Source: Candidatus Zhuqueibacterota bacterium
GTDB taxonomy: Bacteria > Zhuqueibacterota > Zhuqueibacteria > Thermofontimicrobiales > Thermofontimicrobiaceae
Length of the DNA: 64,000 nt
Assembly (NCBI GenBank): GCA_049322915.1
Contig: JBMOPW010000020.1
Location: forward strand, 160,001-224,000
Reading direction: 5' to 3'
Position numbers and translations under genes: made by a program. Positions 50,006-60,380 of this stretch are shown here, one piece after another; position 1 is the first letter of the stretch; each line of letters begins with the position of its first letter. Below the pieces are notes generated by a model. The model was not told the origin of the DNA. It saw only the letters and a program-made list of their open reading frames with translations, and searched no databases.

Positions 50006-50094
50006 TTTTTGAGTGGACTCAGAAATAAAACAGATTTTTCCTTCCATTGAACGCATGCTTGATTCAGGCATATTTTATTGAGGAGAAAAAAAGA

Positions 50095-51006
50095 ATGATC
50101 TGCGCCGGAAAGATGCTTCTTTATCTTGGGATTTTCATCAGCCCGTTCTTTTTCCTGTCATGCAGACACCACCTGATTGACAATGCCAACTGGGAACTCG
50201 TCGCCACCGGGTTCAGCTTTCCCGAGGGGCCTGCCTGGGACGGTCAGGGTTTGCTGTACGTATCCAATTGCAATTCCGACTGGATCGCCCGAATTGAAAA
50301 TGGCGAGGTCGACAGGTTCCTCTCCGCGTCCGAGCGCACATTTGGCAAGACAAACGGAATGATTGTCTCTAAAACCGGCGATCTGTACGCCTGCGATTTC
50401 GGTCGGGGCGCAATTCTGAAAATTTCCTGGTCCGGCGAGGTACGGGTCGTCACGTCGGGATTTCAGGGCGCGCGATTCAATCGTCCCAACGATATTAATT
50501 TTGACCGAAGCGGAAATCTCTATTTCACCGATCCCAAAAGTTATCAGGCAGCGCAGCCGGATGGCCGCGTGTTTTACCACGATATCGCGGCTGACACTAC
50601 CAGACTGGTCGCGGTAAATATGGACTTTCCCAACGGTCTGGCCATGTCGCCGCGCGAGGCGAAATTATTTGTGTGCGAATCCGGCAAGTCGCGCATTGTA
50701 CGCTTCGATGTGGTTGAATCGGGGCGATTGGCAAATATGCAGGTTTTTGTGGAGTTGCCCGGCGGCGACCCGGACGGGCTGGAATTCGACACAGAAGGAA
50801 ATCTCTGGGTCGCTCATTTCGGCTCCGGCACGGTGTTCGTCATCGCGCCGGACGGTCACATTTTGCATCGGATAAAAACCCCGGGGAAGAAACCGAGCAA
50901 TCTCGAGTTTGGCGACGCGGACGGACGAACGCTTTTTCTCACCGAAGATGAAACGAACAGCATTTACAAATTGAGAGTCTGCGTGACCGGCTATCGGGCT
51001 TTTTAA
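50095..51006 (+). CDS. SMP-30/gluconolactonase family lipoprotein
   Basis: Lipobox-like FLSC; FPEGPAW, NRPND, YFTDP, FPNGL, PDGL and NLEFG. Confidence 0.92.
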   Translation: MICAGKMLLYLGIFISPFFFLSCRHHLIDNANWELVATGFSFPEGPAWDGQGLLYVSNCNSDWIARIENGEVDRFLSASERTFGKTNGMIVSKTGDLYACDFGRGAILKISWSGEVRVVTSGFQGARFNRPNDINFDRSGNLYFTDPKSYQAAQPDGRVFYHDIAADTTRLVAVNMDFPNGLAMSPREAKLFVCESGKSRIVRFDVVESGRLANMQVFVELPGGDPDGLEFDTEGNLWVAHFGSGTVFVIAPDGHILHRIKTPGKKPSNLEFGDADGRTLFLTEDETNSIYKLRVCVTGYRAF

Positions 51007-51046
51007 CGTTGTCCTGATGAGGTATAAAAATTATAGCTACTATTCA

Positions 51047-51203
51047 GCCACAAAATCTCTACGACACAAAGAAAAAGAAATATCTATAATAATCGATTCT
51101 GTAAAGCTGAAGTTGGCATTAAAAAAATACTGAATATCGGATTTAAAGATTGAATAAAAAGTTGGACACTACGTGTAACTTCGTGACCTGGCGCCTTTGA
51201 GGC
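51047..51203. repeat. Degenerate inverted-arm element with ~8-nt periodicity
   Basis: GCCACAAAATCTCTACGACACAAAG vs CTTCGTGACCTGGCGCCTTTGAGGC (17/25 complementary) around an AT-rich core. Confidence 0.4.
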
Positions 51204-51377
51204 AAAAATACATGCCTGAATAGTTGTGAATCATGAGGCATCGCTGCCGCGACGGGATGGGATGGCCGGCAGTGCCGAATCTGAATACGAATGAAATACA
51301 AGGTCCTTTTTTAATGTTCAAAATGGTCGAATGACGATATAGATGAAACATCAGTTCAATCAATCAAGGAGTGTTGT

Positions 51378-52730
51378 ATGAGTTTTCCAAAAAAATTTGT
51401 ATGGGGTGCTGCGGCAGCAAGCTATCAAATCGAAGGCGGCGCATTCGAGGATGGCAGAGGTCTTTCTGTGTGGGACATGATGTGCCGAATTCCCGGAAAA
51501 ATAATGAACGGACATACCGGCGCTGTGGCCTGCGATCACTATCACCGCTTCCGCGAGGACGCCGGGTTGATGGGAGAGATCGGGCTCAACGCGTATCGGC
51601 TATCCATTGCCTGGCCCCGCGTGATTCCCGAAGGGGTCGGCAAAGTGAATGATAAAGGTATTGAATTTTATGATGCTCTTATCGATGCACTGCTGGAGAA
51701 TGGTGTGCAGCCGTGGGTCACGCTGTTCCATTGGGATTATCCCTATGCGCTGTACTGCCGCGGCGGCTGGCTAAATGCGGACAGCTCGGATTGGTTCGCT
51801 GAATACACGCAGGTGATTGTCGATCGGCTCTCGGATCGCGTCTCGCACTGGATGACGCTGAACGAGCCGCAGTGCTTCATCGGATTGGGACATCAGGACG
51901 GCTCTCATGCGCCCGGGTTGAAGCTCGGCTTTTCTGAAGTGCTGCTGGCGGCGCACAACGCCCTGCTTGCTCATGGCAAATCCGCGCAGATCATTCGCGC
52001 CCGAGCCAGAACGCAGCCGTCCATTGGCGCAGCGCCGGTGGGAATCGTCAAAGCGCCGGCAACCGAATCGAAGAAGGACATCGAAGCGGCCAGGGAAGGC
52101 ATGTTCGCCATCTCCGGTCTGAATTGCTGGAACAACACCTGGTTCGCCGATCCCATGGTGTGGGGCCATTACCCGGCCGATGGCCTGAAATTATTCGAAC
52201 CGTATCTGCCCAAAATCAAAGATGGCGATCTGAAGACCATCGGGCAGCCCCTGGATTTCTATGGCGCCAATATTTACCACTGCGACTTTTATCGCGCCGG
52301 CGCACATGGCAGCCCGGAACTGGCTCCCTTCCCGGTCAATCAATCCTACACGCTGATGGACTGGCCGGTCACCCCGGACGCGCTCTATTGGGGACCGCGG
52401 TTTTTGTACGAGCGCTACAAGCTGCCCATTGTAGTCACTGAAAATGGGATATCCATTTCGGATTGGGTGCAACGCGATGGCCAGGTCCACGATTCCCAGC
52501 GCATCGATTTTTTGGCAGGTTACCTGAAGGCCTATAAGCGCGCAATCGCCGGGGGAGTGGATGCCCGCGGCTATTTTCTCTGGTCGATCATGGATAATTT
52601 TGAGTGGGCCTATGGGTACAAACAGCGCTTCGGGATCATCTTTACCGACTATGCCACTAACACGCACATCCTCAAGGATTCGGCGCAATGGTACAAAGAG
52701 GTGATCAAAACCAATGGCGAGAATCTTTGA
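51378..52730 (+). CDS. Beta-glucosidase, glycoside hydrolase family 1
   Basis: FVWGAAAASYQIEG, ACDHYHR, TLNEP, VTENG and DNFEW..GY..RFG. Confidence 0.97.
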   Translation: MSFPKKFVWGAAAASYQIEGGAFEDGRGLSVWDMMCRIPGKIMNGHTGAVACDHYHRFREDAGLMGEIGLNAYRLSIAWPRVIPEGVGKVNDKGIEFYDALIDALLENGVQPWVTLFHWDYPYALYCRGGWLNADSSDWFAEYTQVIVDRLSDRVSHWMTLNEPQCFIGLGHQDGSHAPGLKLGFSEVLLAAHNALLAHGKSAQIIRARARTQPSIGAAPVGIVKAPATESKKDIEAAREGMFAISGLNCWNNTWFADPMVWGHYPADGLKLFEPYLPKIKDGDLKTIGQPLDFYGANIYHCDFYRAGAHGSPELAPFPVNQSYTLMDWPVTPDALYWGPRFLYERYKLPIVVTENGISISDWVQRDGQVHDSQRIDFLAGYLKAYKRAIAGGVDARGYFLWSIMDNFEWAYGYKQRFGIIFTDYATNTHILKDSAQWYKEVIKTNGENL

Positions 52731-52848
52731 TTTGCCGCAGGAAGGCAGCGTGATGATTTTTTCGAATGATAAGTTGGTTGGAACGGTGAAACGAATCATA
52801 AAAACTGACTCGAATTTGTAGCGCAGATTAACGGTGTAAAAACCATGA

Positions 52849-52883
52849 ACCGGAGTCAGGCGAAGCAATTGCCTGGCTCCGGT
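52849..52883. terminator. Hairpin between convergent genes
   Basis: ACCGGAGTCAGGC-N9-GCCTGGCTCCGGT. Confidence 0.55.
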
Positions 52884-52892
52884 CAATGGACG

Positions 52893-54191
52893 TCAGTTGT
52901 TTGAGCCGGGGTCTGCCGGCGCTGCTTTCTGTTTCAATCGGTCGATCTTTTTAGCGGCCTCTTTGGCCTTTTTATGCTCGCTGTACGTATCCACAATTTT
53001 CTGGTAGCAGTTCATTGCTTTTTCGGTGTGGTTCAATTTGCTCTCATAAATGACGCCGGCGTCCATGAGCCTGTCCGGCGCTTTGGCATAATCCGGATAT
53101 TTTTCCGCGATGGAAAAAAAGGTCGCTGCCGCCTGTTCATAATCCTTCATTTTGTTCTCATAAATATCTGCAATTTCTTCCAATGACAGCACTGCCTTTT
53201 GATTGGATGTATCGGCTTCGATGATGTTGTTGAACGCCAGAATGGCCGTGGGATACTCCTTCAGATTATCCTTGTTGATCTTGGCAATATTCCATAGCGC
53301 TTCGATTTTCTGTGAGCTTTGAGGATAATCATCCACGACAAACCGATAGTCGGCAATCGCTCCCTGGAAATCCTTTTTCTTCTCTTTCTTAATTTCTCCT
53401 GACAATATCAACGCTTCCGGGGCGAACTGGCTCTCTGGAAATTCCGATTTGATTCTGGCAAGGGTGGCTATGGCATCATCATTCTGCTTCAATTTCTGAT
53501 ATTGTAGCGTGCCTCTGCGGTACAGCACTTCAGCCATATTCTGACTTTCCGGGAACAGCGCGATAAATTTTGCATAGCTCAAATCCGCTTCCCGGTTCTC
53601 ATCATTCTGGGCGTAGGTTTCGCCGATCCAGATTTGTACCTGTTCATTGCGGGCGTCTGTCGGGAAGTGAAGCGTGAATTCGCGCAAGGCGCTCAAAACA
53701 TAGGGATTAAAATGGGATTCCCTGACCGGCATAATGGTTTCCAGATAAGTATAAAAACGGTTGGCGCCGGAGTCAGCAGTTGCGGGGGAGCCAATCGAAT
53801 TCAACAGGAATGTTCGCTGCTCCGCGAATCGGCGCTCGTTGCCGATCAGTTGCCGGACAAGCTCTCTGGCTTCGTTGGCCTTTTCATCCTCCGGATACAG
53901 GAATAGCGCCTTCAGATACAACGCCAGCGCAGCGCTTTTATCGCCGGTCGCCTCGTTGGCTTTGGCCAGCAGAATCAGCACCTCCGGCGCGTGCGGGCTC
54001 TGCGGGAACGTCAGCAGGAAATGCTCCATTTCGCTGAACGTGAAGGCGTTCAATTTTTTTTCGTGCTGTTTGTAAATCTGCTGCAAAAAGGCAAACGCTT
54101 TTTCTTCGTCATACTGGGCATGAACATGGGTGACCCCCACCATTATCGCGAACAGTACGATCATTGGTACGAGAAAGTGTTTCATGTGCAT
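52893..54191 (-). CDS. Exported tetratricopeptide repeat protein (BamD/CpoB-like repeats)
   Basis: Signal peptide; repeated FP.S..A.EAL TPR units; GGAGG RBS. Confidence 0.88.
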   Translation of the reverse strand: MHMKHFLVPMIVLFAIMVGVTHVHAQYDEEKAFAFLQQIYKQHEKKLNAFTFSEMEHFLLTFPQSPHAPEVLILLAKANEATGDKSAALALYLKALFLYPEDEKANEARELVRQLIGNERRFAEQRTFLLNSIGSPATADSGANRFYTYLETIMPVRESHFNPYVLSALREFTLHFPTDARNEQVQIWIGETYAQNDENREADLSYAKFIALFPESQNMAEVLYRRGTLQYQKLKQNDDAIATLARIKSEFPESQFAPEALILSGEIKKEKKKDFQGAIADYRFVVDDYPQSSQKIEALWNIAKINKDNLKEYPTAILAFNNIIEADTSNQKAVLSLEEIADIYENKMKDYEQAAATFFSIAEKYPDYAKAPDRLMDAGVIYESKLNHTEKAMNCYQKIVDTYSEHKKAKEAAKKIDRLKQKAAPADPGSNN

Positions 54192-54266
54192 GGCAAACCT
54201 CCATTGTAATGTTCTGGCTGACTGCATTTCCATCGTTGCGATACAAATCCCCGGTAGAATTCCCGC

Positions 54267-55433
54267 TCAATACAGGCACTTCCTGGCTTCGTCAGCAAAG
54301 GCGCTGATGAGTTCGATGTCGGCGTCAAAAAAGTGATCCGACGGGCAAAGGATATAGCCGCCATTTTCGCCGGCGTCTTCAAAGCATTTTCGTACGGCAG
54401 CGCGGGTTTCGGCCGGTGAACAGCCGGAGAAGTAGTGGAACTGGTCGAATCCGCCAATCATGCAGACTTTGTCGCCGATCCGTTTTTTCGCTTCAGCGAG
54501 ATTCACGTCCGCGCCCATGGAAGGCGGGGTGAATGTCTCCATGGCGTCTGGTTTCATGGCGGCAATGTCCTCCAGAATGGGCATCATGCCGCCGCAGGTG
54601 TGGTACACAATGCGCTGGCCGACGTTGTGCGCTTCCTCGATGAGCACCGAATCGAATGGCGCGACGAATTCATTGAATAATTTGGGAGAGATCACCGTGG
54701 TCGAGGCGTCGCCTCCACCCAATTCCAGAATGTCATATCGGGCGCCTTTGAGTGATCGGATGAAATGAATTTTCCGCTGTTGAAGGATTGTCAAAAATTC
54801 GCGCACCCACACCGGGTCGTCGTAGACTTCCATGATCATTTTCTCGGTGCCGTACAGGCAGCAGGCATCCTGCCAGCAGCCGGGCTGGCCGTAAATATCG
54901 AAGCAGATGATGTGGCCACGCACGAGACCGCGTTCCCCAAATTCCTCAGCCGTTGCATTGACGGAATCCACGTCGGACAGCGGGTAGGGCACGAATTCAG
55001 CAATGAGATCGATGTCGCGCTTGTCCTTCACCAGATGCTCCGTCACCCAGGTCGTTTGCACATTGGATTGAAGCAATGTCGTCATTGTCCCTTTGGGCGT
55101 GATCACTTCGAACCGCTCGGTTTTATACTGGGGATCCGGCACCGGGGTAGAGGTGATTTTCCACGTGTCGCTGAAAATTTGCTGACTGCCCAGAAATGGG
55201 TGATTTTCCTGACCCGGGGAAAAATACGCGCGCCGCTGGGTATCCGGTCTGTGGGGCACAGTCCACACAATGGGATCCAGGCCGAAATGGTCGAAAAATG
55301 TGAAATAGTCGACGCCGTTCATGTAGGTGTCCAGAAAATAGGGCATGATGTGGTGCGAGGTCACCGGCAATCGGTCCGGCTTCTCGCGTCGGATCGCCGC
55401 GAGCATTCGCTGTTTGGAAGTCATAGCTGTCAC
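54267..55433 (-). CDS. Uroporphyrinogen decarboxylase / MtaA-CmuA methyltransferase superfamily protein
   Basis: MTSKQRMLAAI...PDRLPV, ISPKLFNEFV.P, YHTCG, IGGFD and GGYILCPSDH. Confidence 0.88.
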   Translation of the reverse strand: MTAMTSKQRMLAAIRREKPDRLPVTSHHIMPYFLDTYMNGVDYFTFFDHFGLDPIVWTVPHRPDTQRRAYFSPGQENHPFLGSQQIFSDTWKITSTPVPDPQYKTERFEVITPKGTMTTLLQSNVQTTWVTEHLVKDKRDIDLIAEFVPYPLSDVDSVNATAEEFGERGLVRGHIICFDIYGQPGCWQDACCLYGTEKMIMEVYDDPVWVREFLTILQQRKIHFIRSLKGARYDILELGGGDASTTVISPKLFNEFVAPFDSVLIEEAHNVGQRIVYHTCGGMMPILEDIAAMKPDAMETFTPPSMGADVNLAEAKKRIGDKVCMIGGFDQFHYFSGCSPAETRAAVRKCFEDAGENGGYILCPSDHFFDADIELISAFADEARKCLY

Positions 55434-55507
55434 TCCTCAGAATTAAATCAGTTTTTCGCATTGCGAAGTTGCATCGTCTGCCAGTCAGGCAGGGCATCGA
55501 TGGCAAA

Positions 55508-56686
55508 TTATTTACGCGCAGGCGTTTGCCAGATTGTGCCGCGGATGTCCGGCCGCGAGCGTTTCGGGTCCGGCGGATTCATGCGCTGATGGCCATCTCC
55601 GGGATCCGGCTGATAATAGACTGTCAACACGCGTCCCGGCTCCAGTTCGATGGACGTGGGATAGCCCAGGTCTTTGTTATCCGCATCGTCGCGGAGAATC
55701 ACTTCATTCCTGATATCCCAAGTGACGCCATCCTCGCTGATAATGGCGCGTTGCCCGAATGGTGGCCGGCGAAAGCCATAGGAACACAGCACGCGGCCAT
55801 CGTTGAGCAGCAGCAAATGCGGGGGGAATCCCCACATGGGCGTCCGGAACGGCTCGACCCAGGTTAAACCATTGTCATCGGAATAGGTTTCCAGCAGAAA
55901 ACAGCGCCGATCACCATCGTTGTAAGGGATCGTTGTCACGCGAATCATCATGATCAGTCTGCCCGTTGCCAGCCGGAGCATGTGCGGCTCGCCGATGCGA
56001 ATGCTGTCCGGCTGCGGGGACAGGATCGCTGCAATTTTCTGCCATTCACCCCCGATTGCTTTGGCCGAATACACGCCGATGCTGCTGCCCTCGGTGTAGT
56101 ACGAGGCGACGAGCAGCGAACCATCAGGGAGTTGTATCCCGCCGTGGATGGAATCCGTGCCGGGCATGGGCGGCGACCAGGTGACGCCGTTGTCCACACT
56201 CACCAGGCAGCGGGCGCCATGCTCTCCGGCAGCGTGTTTGTACTCAGGCCGCTCGACATACCTGATCCATCGTTCGAGTACGTCCGCCTCGTACGAATTG
56301 GGCGGCAGACCAGTATACTTGTCGGCTGACCAGAAAGTGGACCAGCACAATGCGAGGATCGAGCCGTCGTTCAAAACAGTCAGCCCAGCATGGCGGTCGT
56401 CGATGGGCGTGGCCAGCAGGGGAGTCGGCCGACTCCACGTTTTGCCGTTATCCGAAGAACGAACCGTGACAATCTCTCCGTTGGGTCCGAGATGCTCTTC
56501 GTTGATGCAGAAACTCACCAGCAGATCGCCGTTGGCCGCGCGAACCATGGCCGGCCAGGCGCAATACTCGTCGTGCGAGGCATAGACCGCCAGATGTTCG
56601 ATGATGTGCGGCCGGGGCGCTTTCGGCGACTGACACGACGCGCCCAGAACGATCGTGATTAAAATGAAAGAGACACTGCACCGCAT
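55508..56686 (-). CDS. BNR/Asp-box sialidase-like lipoprotein
   Basis: Lipobox GASC; Asp boxes SSDNGKTW, SVDNGVTW, SDDNGLTW and SEDGVTW; DLGYP. Confidence 0.88.
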   Translation of the reverse strand: MRCSVSFILITIVLGASCQSPKAPRPHIIEHLAVYASHDEYCAWPAMVRAANGDLLVSFCINEEHLGPNGEIVTVRSSDNGKTWSRPTPLLATPIDDRHAGLTVLNDGSILALCWSTFWSADKYTGLPPNSYEADVLERWIRYVERPEYKHAAGEHGARCLVSVDNGVTWSPPMPGTDSIHGGIQLPDGSLLVASYYTEGSSIGVYSAKAIGGEWQKIAAILSPQPDSIRIGEPHMLRLATGRLIMMIRVTTIPYNDGDRRCFLLETYSDDNGLTWVEPFRTPMWGFPPHLLLLNDGRVLCSYGFRRPPFGQRAIISEDGVTWDIRNEVILRDDADNKDLGYPTSIELEPGRVLTVYYQPDPGDGHQRMNPPDPKRSRPDIRGTIWQTPARK

Positions 56687-56793
56687 GGCTGAATTCCTTT
56701 CTGTGAATGATGAAGGGCGCAACGCTTCGCTGCCCGTCAGATTGATTGAAGGGTGTCAGTGATCGTGGACTAATTCGGGGCGTCCTGGAAAAT

Positions 56794-58293
56794 TCAATTC
56801 TCCATCTCCGTCAAGCCAGTGGCGCACACCATGACCTTTTCCGGCGTGGCTTCCTGCCGGGTGAATTCGCTGGTAATGCGGCCCCGGAACATGACGTAAA
56901 TCCGATCGCAAATTCCCAGCACTTCAGGCAACTCCGATGAAATCAATATAATGGCCATTCCCTTTTTGATGAATTCATTGATCAGCCCGTAAATTTCCTG
57001 CTTGGCCCCGATATCGATGCCCTGAGTGGGTTCATCTAAAATTAGCACTCTCGGATTGCTGCCGAGCCAGCGCGCCAGCACCACTTTTTGCTGGTTGCCG
57101 CCGCTCAGTTTCATGGTGAATTGATCGATGCCCGGCGTTTTGATGTTCATGGTTTTAATGTAGCGATGGACGATCTCATTCTCAGCGCGCCGGCGAATGA
57201 AGCTGAATCGGGTGATGGATTTGAGATTGGGAAGCGTCATGTTTTCTTTCACCGACATGGACAGGACAAGTCCCTGCGTCTTTCGATCTTCGGTGGCAAA
57301 GGCAATGCCGGCGTTGATGGCGTCCTTGGGCGACTTGATGGCTAACGGTAGCCCCTCCAGCAGTATCTGCCCGGAGTGAATGGGATCGATGCCGAAAATG
57401 ACCCGCGCCAATTCTGTCCTGCCAGCGCCCACCAGTCCGAACAGTCCCACCACTTCGCCCTTGCGAATGGTCAGGTTGATATCCCTGAGTTTATTTACTG
57501 TCTCGAGATTGCGGATGACCAGCGCGTTTTCGCCAAGCGCCGGGGTGCGCATCGGAAATTCCTCTTCCAATGACCGGCCCACCATCAACTTGATCACCTC
57601 AGCTTTATCGGTCGATTTGGTTTCCAAAACGCCGACCATCTGCCCGTCGCGGAACACGGTGATGTTTTCTGTGATTTCAAAAATTTCTTCCAGCTTGTGA
57701 GAAATGAAGACGATGGTTTTCCCTTTGTTTTTCAATTCCCGGATGACCCGGAACAGGTTGTCGATTTCGTGGGAAGTCAACGTCGCGGTGGGTTCATCCA
57801 TGATGATGAGGCGCGAGTTGAACGAGAGCGCCCGGGCGATCATCACCAACTGCTTCTGGGCGATGCTCAGTTTTCGTACGATCTGCCCGGTGTCGAGATC
57901 GAAATTCATTTCGGCCAGTATCTGCTGCGCGCGGGCGTACAGCGACTTCCAGTCGATGAGCCCTGTTTTAAATTTTGGCTCATGGCCTAACAAAATATTT
58001 TCAGCGACTGAAATATCGGGGAAGAGCTGCAAGTCCTGAAAGATCGTGCTGATGCCCAATTCCTGAGCTTGCTGCGGATTACGGATTTCGACTTTCTTTC
58101 CGGCGAAAAGAATTTCTCCGCTATCCGGTTTGAAAATGCCATTGATAATTTTCACGAGAGTGGATTTGCCGGCGCCGTTCTCGCCGATGAGCGCGTGGAT
58201 TTCATTGGGCCGAACCCGGAACTCGACATTGTCCAGCGCTTTGACGCCGGGGAATTGCCGCGTGATATTTTTCATGTGAAGGAGATAGTCCAT
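56794..58293 (-). CDS. Monosaccharide ABC transporter ATP-binding protein (RbsA-like)
   Basis: GENGAGKST, MDEPT, LSGGNQQK and ISSELPE; duplicated ATPase domains. Confidence 0.96.
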   Translation of the reverse strand: MDYLLHMKNITRQFPGVKALDNVEFRVRPNEIHALIGENGAGKSTLVKIINGIFKPDSGEILFAGKKVEIRNPQQAQELGISTIFQDLQLFPDISVAENILLGHEPKFKTGLIDWKSLYARAQQILAEMNFDLDTGQIVRKLSIAQKQLVMIARALSFNSRLIIMDEPTATLTSHEIDNLFRVIRELKNKGKTIVFISHKLEEIFEITENITVFRDGQMVGVLETKSTDKAEVIKLMVGRSLEEEFPMRTPALGENALVIRNLETVNKLRDINLTIRKGEVVGLFGLVGAGRTELARVIFGIDPIHSGQILLEGLPLAIKSPKDAINAGIAFATEDRKTQGLVLSMSVKENMTLPNLKSITRFSFIRRRAENEIVHRYIKTMNIKTPGIDQFTMKLSGGNQQKVVLARWLGSNPRVLILDEPTQGIDIGAKQEIYGLINEFIKKGMAIILISSELPEVLGICDRIYVMFRGRITSEFTRQEATPEKVMVCATGLTEMEN

Positions 58294-58302
58294 CGTCGCG
58301 CC

Positions 58303-59229
58303 CTATTCTATTTCCATGCCGCGTTGAAGTCGTACAGCCACCAGAATCACCAGCCCTTTGACAGCCATCTGGTAGTAAGCGGATACATCCAGCATATTCA
58401 GTCCGTTATTCAAAATGCCCATGATGTACGCGCCAATGAGAGTGCCCCAGATCCATCCCTTGCCGCCGGTGATGCTCGTCCCGCCAATCACCGCAGCGGC
58501 GATGGCGTCCAGTTCCATACCTGTGCCCATGTTGGGATCGCCGGAATTCATGCGGGAGGTCAAAATCAGCGCGCCAACCCCGGACGCCAGTCCGCAGATC
58601 CCGTAAATGGCAATTTTGATTTTATCCACAGCTAACCCGACGAACCGCGACGCTTCCTCGTTGCCGCCGATGGCGTAGACATAGCGGCCAAAGCTCGTGT
58701 GCTGCAACACCAGATAGGCCAGAAAGTACACGACCAGCATGATGACGACCGGGATGGGAATAGACCCGAAATAGCCGCGACCCACCTGTTGAAATTGCTC
58801 GCCCAGTTCCGAAATCGGAAAGCCGCCGGTGATGATGAAACACAAGCCCCGTCCGATGACCATGGTGGCCAGCGTGACGATGAAGAAAGGGATTTTTATT
58901 TTAGCGATGAAAAAGCCGTTCAACAGCCCCACTGCGAGGCTGCTCATCAGGCCAATGATGACGGACAGATAGACCGGCGCGCCGAGTTCCTGCACAAAGT
59001 AGCTGATGATGATGCCGGTCAGGGCGACGATCGAGCCGACGGACAGGTCGATGCCGGCGCTCAGAATGACGAATGTCATGCCCACGCCCACAATGGCCAT
59101 GACCGAGATTTGCCGGCTGATGTTCAGCAGATTGGAGAACGATAGGAATCGCGGGGACAGAAAAGACATGATGACGATCATGACTGCCAGGACAACGAGA
59201 ATCCCGTACTTGTTTAAAATCGAACGCAC
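58303..59229 (-). CDS. Monosaccharide ABC transporter permease (RbsC-like)
   Basis: GIDLSVGS, FGRYVYAIGGN and ELDAIAAAVIGGTS..GGKG. Confidence 0.96.
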   Translation of the reverse strand: MRSILNKYGILVVLAVMIVIMSFLSPRFLSFSNLLNISRQISVMAIVGVGMTFVILSAGIDLSVGSIVALTGIIISYFVQELGAPVYLSVIIGLMSSLAVGLLNGFFIAKIKIPFFIVTLATMVIGRGLCFIITGGFPISELGEQFQQVGRGYFGSIPIPVVIMLVVYFLAYLVLQHTSFGRYVYAIGGNEEASRFVGLAVDKIKIAIYGICGLASGVGALILTSRMNSGDPNMGTGMELDAIAAAVIGGTSITGGKGWIWGTLIGAYIMGILNNGLNMLDVSAYYQMAVKGLVILVAVRLQRGMEIE

Positions 59230-59335
59230 GAATCACTCCTCTTTGAGGTACCGGAAACATATCGAAAAATTTGATAATTCAAAGCCATTGCAGGGATTAG
59301 CGCTGCTCTCGCGTGATGCAATTGAATCGACGACG

Positions 59336-60295
59336 CTATTCCGGCAGTCGTCCCCATTCCACAGAGAGCGTGTCGATATTTTCATGCGTGAGCAATTTCA
59401 CCGGGATCAAAATCTCCGCCGGCGTTTCATTGCCTTTTAAAATTTGTATGGCAGATTCAATGGCTGTCTTTCCAATGGAGTAGGGGAAGACCAGGGCCGC
59501 GCCCCGCAGGCATGGGTCATCGGCGTCAAATCGCTCGAAAGCCTCCTTCTGGCCGCCGCAGACCATCACCGCTTTGACGTCATCGATGCGGCCGGCTCCT
59601 TCAATGGACGCCATGGCGCCCAACGTCATCACATCGTTGATGCCAAAAATATAATCCACATCCGGGTGCGAAATCAACAGGTCTTCCATCAGCGCCATCG
59701 CCTTTTCGCGCCGGGATTCGGCGTTCAACTCGGATAAAATTGTGATGCCGGGGTAATTGCTCATCACGTCGCGAAATCCGATCACGCGATTGATGCACGA
59801 CGTGAGGACCGGGTGAGTAATAATACCCACTTCGCCCTGACCATTCAGTTGCCCGGCGATGAACCGCGCACAGATTCGGCCGGCCTCCACATCGTCGGAC
59901 ATGATGTGCGTCTTCACCTCGCCCTTCTCCGACTTGATGTCCACGGTGATGACCGGAATTCCCTGCCGATTCACTTCGTCGATGGTGGGGCCGATGGCTG
60001 TCGGACTCACCGGACTCACAATGAGCACATCGATATTCTGCTGCATGAAATCTTCGATGTCGCTGATCTGTTTATTCAATTTCAGGTCCGCATTGCGGGA
60101 GAGCACTTTGATTTTGAAGTCAGTGCTTTTGGCGGCAGTTTCGAGCAGGCCTCTGTTCAGGGTGATGTAAAAATCATCCTGCATCGTCAACAGCGACGCT
60201 CCGATCAGAATCTCTTTATCATCCGTCTTGCGGGAGCAGTCTGTCAGAAGAACAACGCTCAGGAGAATCAAAATGAACGGGGTGATGCGCTTCAT
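59336..60295 (-). CDS. Monosaccharide ABC transporter substrate-binding lipoprotein (RbsB-like)
   Basis: Lipoprotein signal (LTDC); GIPVITVD, R..GF and ND.M.LGA. Confidence 0.92.
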   Translation of the reverse strand: MKRITPFILILLSVVLLTDCSRKTDDKEILIGASLLTMQDDFYITLNRGLLETAAKSTDFKIKVLSRNADLKLNKQISDIEDFMQQNIDVLIVSPVSPTAIGPTIDEVNRQGIPVITVDIKSEKGEVKTHIMSDDVEAGRICARFIAGQLNGQGEVGIITHPVLTSCINRVIGFRDVMSNYPGITILSELNAESRREKAMALMEDLLISHPDVDYIFGINDVMTLGAMASIEGAGRIDDVKAVMVCGGQKEAFERFDADDPCLRGAALVFPYSIGKTAIESAIQILKGNETPAEILIPVKLLTHENIDTLSVEWGRLPE

Positions 60296-60380
60296 AGTGT
60301 GCCTTTCATGATTTGAAGTGAGAGTTCAGTATGGACATGACGTCTTGAATCATGTGCATTTTAAAACAACGCGGCTCGTT

